DNA from: Eukaryota sp. TZLM1-RC
Lineage: Eukaryota; Protista; Metamonada: BaSk clade
NCBI GenBank assembly: GCA_040285825.1
Contig: JAUPSS010000004.1
Coordinates: 4,059,784-4,123,783, forward strand
Length of the DNA: 64,000 nt
Reading direction: 5' to 3'
The notes under the pieces are model-generated. The model saw only the letters and a list, made by a program, of their open reading frames with translations, was not told the DNA's origin and made no database searches. The translations under genes were made by a program, and so were the position numbers. Shown here one piece after another: positions 48,865 to 60,481 of this stretch (the stretch's first letter is position 1; the number at the start of each line of letters is the position of its first letter).

Positions 48865-49848
48865 TCATCCCAGCAAATTACCACCTACATCATGAATATT
48901 ATCATTGGGAGCAGCAACTGATTCTAAATAAGACACAATCTCAGAAAGATGCTCCTTCCCCTTGTATAGCAAAGAATTAAACAATGAAGCATCGCTGTTT
49001 TCTCTGATAATGAGGAAAACTTCCAAATTATTGAATGGCTCATAATTAGCGGCGAAAGAACAAAAGTCAATCAAATACTGCAAATTATTGGTTTTAATGC
49101 TGAAATCAACACCATTTAAGCTTAGCTTCTTGTCTTTAAATTCATATTGGAACGCATCCCTGAAAAATTTCCTCACTGCAGGTGGTCCATTCGACTTGAG
49201 ACTAGTGTGAAGAAGTTTTCCTCCTTTATGCCTCCAAAAAAACCAAAAGCAATAGTTTCCACTCTTCTTCTTCCTCGTGATTGAATCTTTATCTTCAGTG
49301 GTCCTATCATCTGCATTCGAGAGGTATTTGGAGGTTAATTCCTTTTGTGCGGCATCAAAACCTACTTCATCATCGTATTTGACAATAACAAAGTCATCAA
49401 TAAAGCCTTGGTCCTTGACGAACTGAACGAGTTCTCCCTCAGGTACAGAACTCCTCCAAAGAAGAGCAACAGAGCTGTTGTCACGAAGGTCTTGTCTTAT
49501 AACGAGGAAGGTTTCGAGTTCTTGGAAGGAAGGGTGAGATGCGCAAAAGTTGATGAGATCACGTAGGTAACGGTAGTGAGTGGTCTTAACGTTCATTTCT
49601 TGGTTATTGATGGTAAATTTGTCTTCAAAGGTAAGACCAAAAGCTTCTTGAAAAAAGCGACTCATACATACTGTCCCCGAGCCTCTGTGGGAGAAGAACT
49701 CCAGGTCACTTAAGGGTAGTTGAAAGGCAATAGTGAATATGTAGTCGAAACGAGACATGTGTTTCTTCTTGAGAGGTGGTTCAACATCAGAAGGTAATGA
49801 AGACGAAAGTGATGACGTAGCTGAAAGCTCAGGAGGGTTTGGTGGCAT
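48865..49848 (-). CDS. Hypothetical protein with an internally duplicated ~120-aa domain
   Basis: Intact 327 aa. FFQEAF..F..K..IN.....KTT..RYL.D...F.....F..LE.FL.IR occurs twice. N-terminal PPLKKK. Confidence 0.75.
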   Translation of the reverse strand: MPPNPPELSATSSLSSSLPSDVEPPLKKKHMSRFDYIFTIAFQLPLSDLEFFSHRGSGTVCMSRFFQEAFGLTFEDKFTINNQEMNVKTTHYRYLRDLINFCASHPSFQELETFLVIRQDLRDNSSVALLWRSSVPEGELVQFVKDQGFIDDFVIVKYDDEVGFDAAQKELTSKYLSNADDRTTEDKDSITRKKKSGNYCFWFFWRHKGGKLLHTSLKSNGPPAVRKFFRDAFQYEFKDKKLSLNGVDFSIKTNNLQYLIDFCSFAANYEPFNNLEVFLIIRENSDASLFNSLLYKGKEHLSEIVSYLESVAAPNDNIHDVGGNLLG

Positions 49849-49889
49849 GGTGGTAACTCAAAAAGTGCATGTTTCCCCACATGTAGAAA

Positions 49890-50146
49890 TTGATATTTAT
49901 TGAATTTGCACACTTAATTAAATTAACTCATAACTAATGGAACGACTATCATTGAACCAAGATTTCCTCTACAAAATCTTGATCTTCTTGCTGTCTAGCT
50001 AAAGCTTCTCTTATTCGATTGAAAAACCGAGGTAATCTAATAATAATGGCAAATTGAATCCAAGAACGCCATAAAAAAATGTCAAATCTTTTCATTGTTT
50101 TTTCTTAAGCCATTTTTTGGAAGTCATTTAAAAAAGTTCCTGCTTC
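49890..50146 (-). mobile_element. Short 3' fragment of LINE family 2
   Basis: Near-identical to 57280-57535. Flanked by an imperfect direct repeat CC(C/A)ACATGTA. Confidence 0.85.
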
Positions 50147-50844
50147 CCAACATGTAAAATACATTTTATTAATTATATTTTATTAATGACAACCTAAATA
50201 TTGTATAAACAAGCAATTTCAAATACTGAACTTGTAACACTTTTCAGTCACAGCCCGTGGTGTTTATTACAGTCTACTTCTTCCCCTTCTTTGAAATTCA
50301 GCCACTAGCAACTATTCCTGTTGCAGGAAAAATTCCATATGTAATGATTAAACCAAAAAATCTAAATTGGACAAAAACTATTCAAGACTCTGATATTTCA
50401 TACGTTTGAATGTATGTCTACTATGATAGCTGTCTCAATAGTGGTTTATTGGCGATATTATTTCACAAATTACGACTGTTTTCCTATTTTTAGTAATGTA
50501 TATTTGAATAAAAAAGTAATGTATATTTTATATTTTTTGAAAGAATAAAATCAAGCAGTAAACATCACAATGATCTAGGAAAGGAAAAATGAGGTTAACA
50601 GAAATATTTCAAATTGAATCATCTCTCCATTTGGGTTTATTATGTATTTCACGAATTTGTTAACTTGAACAATTTCAATAAAAGTAAAATAATAAAAGAA
50701 TCAAAACCACAGATGGAGCATCAAATGCTGTTTTCATGTCTGTCTTATTTTTTAATTGTAATGAAAATAATGTTATTTTAAATCTATTTTGAGTTCTTAT
50801 AGTAGATAGTATCTTAGAGTATGGTTTAGAAATTCAACAAATTA

Positions 50845-52299
50845 GGTTAAATACCCCAAAGAATCAAGAAGTTCGTGACTCACAGCTTTAGTGAAAAATT
50901 CAAAAATGGATGTTCGCCCAATCACAGTTTCTGAGAGTTTAAGTGATATTTTTTCAGCCTGTTGTTTAAACAGATTATACGAAAGGGAAAAACAACTTTG
51001 TTGCCTTTTCAATATGGAATTGATACTACTAATTGAGTTGCTTCAACAGTCATGGCTACAGATGTATTTCTTCACCAAAATAAATCAAATGTTTGTATGC
51101 TGTTTCATTTTAGCAATGCTTTCAATTCAATTCATAGAGGTAGTATTCACACCTCTTTGTTGAATCACTTGCCTGAATAGTTGCCATATTTTCAAACGAC
51201 ATACTGCTCCGACTCTAATTTATATCTTGCTGATTCCATTTTTAAAATCATCCAGTGCCGTTAAAGAAGGAGACCCCTTGTGACCTTTTTTATTCTGTTT
51301 GGAAATTCATCCAATTTTATGACAAATTCAAGCAATATCTCCTGTATTAATGATGTTTGTTCACATTGATATTGTGGTTTTAATAGGCGACTAAACGATG
51401 GTGGGAAAAGCGATTTTATGTCTCAAAGCATTATTTAACAATATTGGTCTTCGACTTAACTTGCTTAAATGTGTTTAACTTCCAAACTCTCCAATTTCCA
51501 CAATAGTTGATGGAATTGAAATTCAATCCAAGTTATATTCATCTGATGCTATTCGTCATCTAGGTTCATTTTTAGGCAATAATGATGAAGCAACCAGACA
51601 AATATCTGAAAAAATTGAATAGTTGTTGTGAAAAAATTGACCAAATGATGAAAATGAATGTGTAGACCCATATCAAATTTATTATTAAAAGACTATGTTG
51701 TAGCCGTAAGTCGGAGAATTGGAATATTGTGTATGAGATAAAGTGAATGAGATAAAGATGACTTATTGCCTTTACTCTATTTAAGCCTAAAGGCGCCAAC
51801 ACTGTTTCAATTCAAATTTCAACAACAGATTTCGATTGTTCTATTAATCTTTCTATCTTTAGCCATGTGGCCCAAAAGTGTGATGAATTGCGGGTTGAAG
51901 TTTTGTCTAACATGACATGGTGTCAAATGCCCTCAATTCCTAATCATGCTTGTCTAAGTCCACAAATTAGTGACTTTGACTGAACTCAAGCTTCTATTCT
52001 GACTTTATGTGCTTTTATTAGTGGATATGGAAATGCCATTTCTGAGTTTTCGGAATGATTTGCTGATTCGAAAGATTTACTAGTGACAACGCAAAGTTAA
52101 ACTTTTGCACTAAATGAAATTAATTTGAAAATTGATACTGAAAAATGGAATCGATGTTTTCCTCAATCATTCAATGGCTATTTCTGAACACATTTATTTG
52201 AATTTAAAACACACGCTTCGAGCATTACAAAAACGAATGACCAAAATGTACGAAAATGATCTATTTAAAATTTACGCAGCTCGGGTGTTCTAGATCAAG
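50845..52299 (+). repeat. Inverted homolog of 38910-42885 (LINE family 2 segment)
   Basis: Colinear reverse-complement similarity. Lacks the 39124-40466 insertion and has a solo LTR where the other copy has a two-LTR element. Confidence 0.9.
51699..51801 (-). mobile_element. Solo LTR
   Basis: 103-bp TG..CA unit matching the LTRs of 40765-42028, with the same flanks. Confidence 0.92.
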
Positions 52300-52540
52300 T
52301 GTAGCCTTAAGTCGGAGAATTGCAATAAGGAAAAATTGATTTATTTTCTAATGATATTGTATAAGCCTTAGGGCTCCAACACTGCTTCTTCCCTTTATTG
52401 AAATAAATCAGCTCATATGAATGTGAAACTAAAACTATCAACAAATAACTAAATAGCTATAACTACTAAGAATTAGCTTCGCTTTCTAATTCTATTGCTA
52501 CGTCTAGGCCGCTCAGGGGCTGTAGACTCATTTGGAAATA
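52300..52540 (-). mobile_element. 3' LTR (52300-52381, 82 bp), PPT and 3' UTR remnant of Gypsy family 2
   Basis: Homologous to 60482-60720. PPT AAAGGGAAGAAGCAG. Confidence 0.85.
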
Positions 52541-52549
52541 CATTGGCGT

Positions 52550-54024
52550 TTCGAAGATGACAAAAGTAAGCTCTTTCGTCGCTCTGCATTTGTACCAATC
52601 GTGTATACCATTCTATATCAGAAGTGACAAGACAAGTTTATTTAACCTGTTCTTTGCCGAATATAGGCACAGCTGATTTGTTCTTATGGAACACCATTTT
52701 GAAAATGGATAAGACTAAAATCACCAAATTTTATTCAGAAAATTCCAAGTACATCATGTCTAGCATCGAGAGTGATGGAGCAGCAGTTTGGTTCACTCAA
52801 TCTAGAATAAACTTGAAAAAATACAAAGTAACTGCAGAAGAATTGAAAGATGAAGAAAAATATATTGATGATACCAGTATTAATCCAATCCAATTTCAAG
52901 ATATGACCGTTTCTGCTTCTGATCCAAATAAATTTGATCTACTCTATTTTTCTGCCAATTTAGCTACTGGAATGACTCATTCAAAAAAACCTGAGAGAGA
53001 TCAATATGTTCATTTCAGGTACACTCAAAATCAACGAAGATTTGAGTCAAAAAGTTCCAAATTCAAAAGAATAAGAGACATCATACGGAATGACACTCTT
53101 ATCACAATAAGTAAGTCTACTGGTAGAGTGATTGATCTATCCAATTATGAACCATCTGAAGAGCAACAACAAAGGATGGATTTAAGCAGAAGTATAATTA
53201 ATCAAATGACTGAAAGAACAATTAGTTTATTAAGAGGAAAAGTGCCTCAAGAAATCAATATTCCCCACGAAATTGATTACTCATTGAATTTGAGAAATAA
53301 TGAACAAAAAACTAAACCTGTAGCAGAATGGGAAGCAACATTATCCCAATTCAATTCCAAACGCTGCAGGTTTGATAGATTTATGAAGTATATTAAACAA
53401 AAGAATTATGTGAATAGTATTGTTGGTGAAGTCTATCATCAAAAATAATTTAGGAAACTAAGATGGTGGGCTGAGATTAATCGCACAACATCTGAAGCAA
53501 AGATGATACAGAGATTCAAATCAGTAATTGGTGATCCAGGCCAAGTAGCTATTGGAATTGGAGACTGGGAACAACGAAAACACATGAAATTCAAAGGACC
53601 TACCAAAGAAAAAGGTTTGAGAATTCGATTTAAAAAGGCTGGTTATAAGGTCTTTTTGATTGATGAGTTTCGAACCAGTTGCTGTTGTTTCAACTGTACG
53701 AAAGCGGAGAAAACAGTTGAAAGATTCCGATAATGCAAAAATCCTAGACCATGGAAGAGACATGAGATGTCTATTCGTTACGGGCTTACCATGTGTAAAT
53801 CATGCGAAAGTTTGTGAAATAGAGATCGAAATGCTTCGCTGAATATGTTGGCAGTGATAAAAGCACATGTAAAGGTGGAGATAGACCGGTACACCGTCAG
53901 AGAGCCATGGTTGATGAAGGTTCAAAAGATGATATCAAGAAGAAAATCTTTCACTTCTCAAAAACTCAGTCCCTCTACATTGGTGTAAAGAGGACACTTA
54001 TTTCATTGTTATAGGCAATATCTG
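52550..54024 (+). mobile_element. Fanzor element copy C, 5'-truncated
   Basis: IESDG, SDPNK (RuvC-I), RYTQNQRRFE, TAA, FRKLRW, IGDWEQRKH, LIDEFRTSCCCFNC, NRDRNASLN. Ends CAATATCTGT. Confidence 0.92.
53870..54024 (+). ncRNA. Predicted omegaRNA scaffold, copy C; guide would be TAACA-ATG-ATC-ACT...
   Basis: Hairpins GTCCCTCTACATTGGTGTAAAGAGGAC and ATTGT-TATAG-GCAAT lie just before the end. Confidence 0.65.
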
Positions 54025-54029
54025 TAACA

Positions 54030-54650
54030 ATGATCACTCTTTCCTTGACGTGCATTCTTATATCTATTTCTCTAGTGTTTGCACATTATGGCCAGTTTGC
54101 ATGTGATGCACATCCACCGTTTGAAATAGGACAGCAAGCTTTGCTGTCAGTAGACATATTGGGCCATGAGGGCACATTCCCCTTTTACCCCAAAGTAGAT
54201 GACTTTTCCCTGCTTCATCTCTATGGTGCTGGAGAGCCGAGCTCTACTCTTTACAAAAGCATTGATGCAAAGCTTGTTGTACAACTACACAATTCTGGTG
54301 AAAATGGCTCCATTGAGTCCCAAGAATTGACCTTCAGTAATGATGAAGGGTTTGTCCCCTACTTCACAATTGTAATTAACCTTGTAAATGGACGACCCTC
54401 TTCCTTGGTTTTAGATACTCCAATCCCTGACAGGGTGTCATATAGTGATGCTGATTGTAGTGACCATGAATGTGACCCTCGTATTTACCTTGCTTGGGCG
54501 GGAACAGATGAAAAGGGTTTGAGGTGTCACTCAGTGGATTCTATCTTTTCCCGACTGCGCTCACACTCGCTTAGGTCAATGGTGGATACTGGGTTTGGGT
54601 TTATTGATGATATTAAGGATCATATTGATGATTTGATTGGTGATTTGTAA
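54030..54650 (+). CDS. Hypothetical secreted protein
   Basis: Intact 206 aa with an N-terminal signal-peptide-like segment, C..C..DPRIYLAWAGTD..G motif, TAA stop. Confidence 0.8.
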   Translation: MITLSLTCILISISLVFAHYGQFACDAHPPFEIGQQALLSVDILGHEGTFPFYPKVDDFSLLHLYGAGEPSSTLYKSIDAKLVVQLHNSGENGSIESQELTFSNDEGFVPYFTIVINLVNGRPSSLVLDTPIPDRVSYSDADCSDHECDPRIYLAWAGTDEKGLRCHSVDSIFSRLRSHSLRSMVDTGFGFIDDIKDHIDDLIGDL

Positions 54651-55039
54651 TAAAATTAATGTATCATCATGTTTGTCTTCTTTATTTTAGTACCATAATT
54701 TTCAATTATTATTCTCAAAATTTCATTATTCTTGCAGCTCTGCTTTTTATCTTGATGCTAAATTCAATCAGCTATAATTCTGAAGTTCGCAATTGAAAAA
54801 TATGGGACTAATCTCGTGACTTTTTCTGTTGCACTATTTTTGCATCCACTTTCAAAGTGAATTGCTGTTCGTCATGTACAGTTAGTATCTTGAGCAAAAC
54901 CAAAGAAATAACGAATTGTAAGTGCATCATCAAGTTGTTTGATAGTGAAAGCGACTGAGGATTGTATTTCAATTGAGGAAAGTTTCATAAATTCAAATTT
55001 TAAAATAGTTTAATTATTTATTTTCCAAGTAAACACAAA

Positions 55040-55680
55040 ACAAAACTAATTAAAACACATAAGAAACAAAATTCTCCACACCCACTCTTGAAGAATCCTT
55101 GTAAAGCTTAGACATCGTTAAATTTGAATACTTGGGAACACTTCTATACAAAGCAAAATGGTACGGTTCTTCCACAAATACCCAGCAAAATTCTTACCAC
55201 TTGAAAGACAAAGATTATCAGAATCATTGAAAAAATTCAAATCAGACTGACCAATATTGCCAAAAATCGAGAAGGCAAAAAGAACAAAATAAAACTTCGA
55301 GTCAATGTTCTTCTTTAAATCATTCAATAACTCAGCATATTTGTTTTGTTTACGAAACTTAGCTTTGTCCAAGTGGCCATTAAAACCAACCAAGACATCA
55401 TCACGATAAGTTGAAGCAAAGAGATCAACAGTAGTAAAATCAATAACAACTTGAAAGGAACCCACAAAAGGAGCAATTAAATCATCACAACGAGAATTAA
55501 ACAAATTATTATCGCTATAATGTTTCAACAAGGGTTCTACTTTGCAACTGAAATTGTAACACTTAAACAATTCATAGGTCACATCACGAACAGCATTATG
55601 GAGAACTGACTGATATTGGAGAAACTTCTTACAACTCACAATATGACGGAAATCAAAAATATTTATTGAACATGTACACT
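55040..55680 (-). pseudogene. CRE-like LINE endonuclease fragment (third subfamily)
   Basis: CKKF..YQSVLHNAVRD, VEPLL, R.DDLIAP, VIDFTTVD. Confidence 0.8.
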
Positions 55681-56255
55681 TAATAAAATTAATTCATAAC
55701 TAATGGGACGAAAATCATTGAACCAAGATTTCCTCTACAAAATCTTGATCTGCATGCTGTCTAGCTAAAGCTTCTCTAATTCGATTGAAAAACCGAGGTT
55801 ATCTATTAATAATGGCAAATTAAATCCGAGAACGCCATAAAAAAGTATCAAATCTGTTCATTGTTTTTTCTTGAACCATTTTTTGGAAATCATTCAAAAA
55901 AGTTCCTGCTTCTACTGATAGTCTTCCGTTTATAGAAAATGGGAAAGCAATAAAAACAAGTGGTCTATTTCTATCAGCATTTGCTTCTTCGATATCTTTG
56001 TCATATTTTCTATGTTTTTCTTTTGCTTTAAAATCAAGAGCACTCACAGGATTAAGTTTTCTTCTTTGAACCAAAGTGTCATTTGCACCATTACAAAAGA
56101 CAAAGTCAACAACAGCCTCAGAATTCTCAATCCAATCACAGTATACATCACCTCTATCATCAGAACCAAAATTATTCAATGACAATGTTTCTTTCAGCAG
56201 AGGCTCTTTGATACATGCAATTCTTGCAGTTCGAGCCATATTAAAAACAGTGTAA
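55681..56255 (-). mobile_element. 3' fragment of LINE family 2
   Basis: KEPLL...DRGDVYCDW...VDFV. Near-identical to 57300-57875. Confidence 0.88.
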
Positions 56256-57275
56256 AAACTGTAAGGGTACATTGGTTAGGCAGCCAATCTGTTTTTAGCT
56301 GTGGAAAGCTTTGGAATAGAACCAGTGGTGATGACGGTCATAAACATATACCATACATCCTGTTCCACTAAAGCTCTAGATGTCAACGGAAAATTTAGAA
56401 GAAAAGATTGAAGCAATAAGGAAGATTCATGACAAAATTCGGTGAGCAAAGGAAGGTCAGTCCGAATTTGTTGCACCGCTGCAGGGGTCAGCAGCGAGTT
56501 AAGTGCACAAGACCGAGTGAATGCACGTGACACAGAGTGGGTGTCTGACATGTAGTGAGAATAAACAGCTCATCTATCAAATTTTACACTTGTCACCCCA
56601 TTTTCGACTTCTTGTTGCCTGTTATGGGAGGTTGTTAACCCTCAACTTGGTTTTGGGAGGTTTTCACTGTACCCACGTAGACATCCAGTCGAAATTTTAC
56701 CTGAAAGGCCCCTTATTGGTGTTGATCTGGGACAATCAAGATTATGTGGTTACTTCTTAAATGATTATCAATGTGGAGTTATTCCTTGATACTCATATGT
56801 GAGTATAAAAAGATTTCCTCAATATTGAATTGCAATATATTGAATTGGGAATTTTGGCCCACTAATTTGAATTGAATTACTGAATGAATTATCAACATAA
56901 ATTGAATTGACTGATCCATATTGCATTATATTGGAATCAATATCTTCTTTCAATTGTGATAAATTTCGTGTTCAGAAGCCCTGGTTAGCCCTACCCTTTG
57001 TAAAAACAGTGAGTCCGGAGATTTATACTCAGATCAATTTGTTAGAAGCTGAATTCACAACAAACAGTAATAATACAACATCGTTCATCAAATCTCTTCA
57101 TTGAAGAACCAGCCAACCAAATACTTGCTTAATAATTTCCACTTTGACACTTTACACTTTGACTTTCACCAAGGACCAAATGACTATGGAGAGCAAGTAA
57201 TTTTGTATCTTCTGATGGTGTTGATGATGTATTCTAGAAGCATAAACATTAATTTATGATAAAGTCCCTACAAAC

Positions 57276-58183
57276 TTTTTATATTTATTGAATTTGCACA
57301 TTTGATTAAATTAAATCATAACTAATGGGACGACTATCATTAAACCAAGATTTCCTCTACAAAATCTTGATTTGCTTGCTGTCTAGCTAAAGCTTCTCTA
57401 ATTCGATTGAAAAACCGCGGTAATCTATTAATAATGGCAAATTGAATCCGTGAACGCCATAAAAAAATATCAAATCTTTTCATTGTTTTTTCTTTCACCA
57501 TTTTTTGGAAGTCATCCAAAAAAGTTTCTGCTTCAACTGATAATCTTCCATTTATCGAAAATGGGAAAGCAATAAAAACCAGCTGTGTAATTCTATCGAC
57601 ATTTGCATCTTCAATTTCTTTATCATATTTTCTATGTTTTTCTTTTGCTTTAAAATCCAGAGCAGCCACAGGATTAAGTTTTCTTCTGTGAACCAAAGTA
57701 TCGTTTGCAACATTACATGAGACAAAGTCAACAATAGCTTCAGAATTATCAATCCAATCACAGTATACATCACCTCTATCATCAGAACCAAAATTATTCA
57801 GAGACAGTGTTTCCTTCAGCAGGGGCTCTTTGATACACGATATCCTTGCAGTTTGTGCCATATTGAAAACAGTGTCTCTAACAGCATCATGTAATGAAGA
57901 ACGATAAGTTATCAATTTAGAGCAATTTAGAGCATGGCTCAAAGTGAGTTGAGGTGAATTCGAACAAATACATTTTTCTTTTGATAATAATTGGTTAATG
58001 GGGATGTTCAAATATAATCTCATTTTTGTTACAAATGCTTCATTAGTGGCACACAATCCAAATCTTCGTGGTACAATGGTTACAAAAAGTGAAGAATCTG
58101 ACGCCTTGTTTTCACAAACACCCTTTTCCAATAACAATGAGTGAAGATCTTGATTTAAAACAGCCGAGCTGCAAATATTATTA
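57276..58183 (-). mobile_element. 5'-truncated LINE family 2 with TSD
   Basis: Open 265-aa RLE region (CICS..HALNC..HDAVRD, RGDVYCD). A-tail. 10-bp TSD CCCTACAAAC (57266-57275, 58184-58193). Confidence 0.92.
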
Positions 58184-58283
58184 CCCTACAAACCAAAACT
58201 AAATGAATTTTTGAAAGCTTCCATGAAATTCCCTCCATATCCAAAGATAGCAGCTATTAGTCTTTCTTATAGGCTGTCTCCAT

Positions 58284-58739
58284 ATGATCCTTGAATACCA
58301 GGATGAAGATGATCTGACTGATATTATGTTATTCCTCGATAATCTACTCAGTGAACCTTACAGTCGCTGGACCTATCGTTATTTTGTCAGCGAGTACCCT
58401 CAATACTGTTTCATTATCAGAAACTCACAGTCGCTTCTTATAGGTTGTATTATTGGTAGAATAGACCATACACTTCATGGAGAACCAACAGGTTACATTG
58501 GCATGGTTGCCACTCATCCAGATCACAGGGGGAAAGGTTATGGAAAACAACTGGTGGAGGTGTTGCTTCAACGGTTCATAGATGATGGACTTTGTCAAGT
58601 TTGTCTGGAAACTGAAGTATCCAATACTGCCTCTATCAGGCTATACAAGAATTTGGGTTTCGTGAAGGATATGTTCCTTCCCAAGTATTACATGAATGGT
58701 AATGACGCATACAAAATGAGATTAGTACTCAAATATTAA
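58284..58739 (+). CDS. NAA30: N-alpha-acetyltransferase 30 (NatC catalytic subunit, MAK3)
   Basis: LSEPYS.WTYRYFV, GYIGMVA...HRGKGYG, LETEVSN..S..LY..LGF..D..L..YYMNG.DA. Confidence 0.92.
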   Translation: MILEYQDEDDLTDIMLFLDNLLSEPYSRWTYRYFVSEYPQYCFIIRNSQSLLIGCIIGRIDHTLHGEPTGYIGMVATHPDHRGKGYGKQLVEVLLQRFIDDGLCQVCLETEVSNTASIRLYKNLGFVKDMFLPKYYMNGNDAYKMRLVLKY

Positions 58740-58872
58740 TTTAATTTATTTACATATTAATAGAACCATATTAATATTGAACAATTTGTTTTAAAAATGA
58801 AAAGAATAGATAAAATACAAGAATAATTTGTTAAATTAATGAAACCAAATACTAAACCCCCCAGAAAACAAC

Positions 58873-59466
58873 CTATTCATTGACACAATAACTGGTTGCT
58901 GGTCTTACATCACTTCTAAGGCTAGCAGACCAAGAATAGTTGGCAAGACTGGTTGATGCCAGGTGAAGAAGTTCAGGTGGACGGCGTGGAGAAGTGGAAG
59001 GACTACCAAACTTAGAGCTAGAATTCCAAACAGTAGAACATTGGACAGTCCTTCCGCGAGGAGAGCAAGGAGAAAACTCAGTTACTGGGGTTGAACTTCG
59101 TTGCTGGTGAAGGGCGTAAGGGGAGATAGAAAGAAGATCTAGCTTCACTGACCTTGCAGTAGGATTTTCATTGGGGAAATGAGTTGAATTAGAATGCTGG
59201 CTTTCCGTTGATGTGTGATGGTGGGAAATAACAACAGAACCCAGTGTAGACTTTCTATCTGAAATTCGCGGTGAACTGGTCTGGAGCATCGGAAGTTTAG
59301 GACTAGGTAAAGATTGCTGAGGTCGGGGAGATCGAGGTAATTTTGTGCATGTTTTTGGAGATGCAGGAATTGAATTGAACGAACTATTACAGTCATGACC
59401 TTCAGAAGGTATTGTCAAAGGAGATACATTACTGGTTATTCGGGAAGCCATGTAAAAGGTAGACAC
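58873..59466 (-). CDS. Hypothetical Ser/Pro-rich protein, 5' end uncertain
   Basis: 197-codon ORF with host-gene-like GC content and many SP motifs. Frame is open upstream; a possible further exon lies near 59560-59600. Confidence 0.55.
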   Translation of the reverse strand: MSTFYMASRITSNVSPLTIPSEGHDCNSSFNSIPASPKTCTKLPRSPRPQQSLPSPKLPMLQTSSPRISDRKSTLGSVVISHHHTSTESQHSNSTHFPNENPTARSVKLDLLSISPYALHQQRSSTPVTEFSPCSPRGRTVQCSTVWNSSSKFGSPSTSPRRPPELLHLASTSLANYSWSASLRSDVRPATSYCVNE

Positions 59467-59974
59467 AAAACAAGTTTTGGATCACTACTGTAAGTTGAGA
59501 AGCTCCTGAATGTGATAGACCATATTTTCATCCAATAATAATCTTATTCTTCTAACCATTTATCTTCTTCTGAGGAAGAGTCCGGGTTTATGCAATTCAT
59601 TAAAAGAACGCGACAATTTTTGTCAAAATTTGGCATTGGATTAAACACTGTGTCCTACCGACTACAATTCATTTTTACAGAAGTTTTAAACAGATACTGT
59701 TCTGTGTGGAACACTTAATTAAATCAAATTAAGCATGTTTCGCCCTTCACCCATAAATGATGTTGCTGAAAGTCACCTCGTAGCTGAAAGAATTCTTAAT
59801 TTTAATTGATGTTCGTTGATAAGCTGATGTTAACTTATGGCATATTTTGAAGGGAAATCGTCAACCAGTTTAATTTTTGTTGAAAGTGTCAGAATTCCGT
59901 ACACAGCATGCTGAATTCACAGGTCACATCACCATTTCTATTATGGTGGGTTGCTTGGGTCAGCTATGATGCTT

Positions 59975-60481
59975 TGTGTTTATAAATAGATGAATAGAGA
60001 TAAAAGATTTTTATTAAAATTCACTGGCCCTTATAAAGGCCATCACTAGTGAAGTCTATACTAGACTAATTGTACAAAGTACAACACTACCTTTTCCCTC
60101 TCTTAGATCTCGTACGAGAGCTATAAGAATTAACTGCAGGGGAATTAGTCTTAGATTTAGAATTGGAAATCACTTTCCGTGTCCTGGTAATGCGAGGACT
60201 AAGGGTTCGCAAATATGATTGGTATGCCTCAGTGCTTTTGTCGTTAGCAACTGTGACAGACGATGTCTCGCTGCCATACCAAACTGCGGTGCAATAAGGA
60301 ACTTTATTATTATTCGAGTCTATAAAATCGAAGTGATCTATAATCTTAATATATACAGATCCTTCCATATCCCCGGCAGCAATGTTCTTATGCCAATCTA
60401 AATCTTCATTAGTGAAGTCAGAGAGGTATAGTTTACTATGATTAGTGCTAGCCGTCAACGTCGAACAGTGACAATTTTCTT
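59975..60481 (-). mobile_element. Gypsy family 3 3' end: integrase tail, PPT, LTR 59975-60086
   Basis: AAGDMEG...CTAVWYG...AYQSY...SKRGKR-TAG then TGTTG. Interrupted at 60482 by family 2. Confidence 0.85.
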
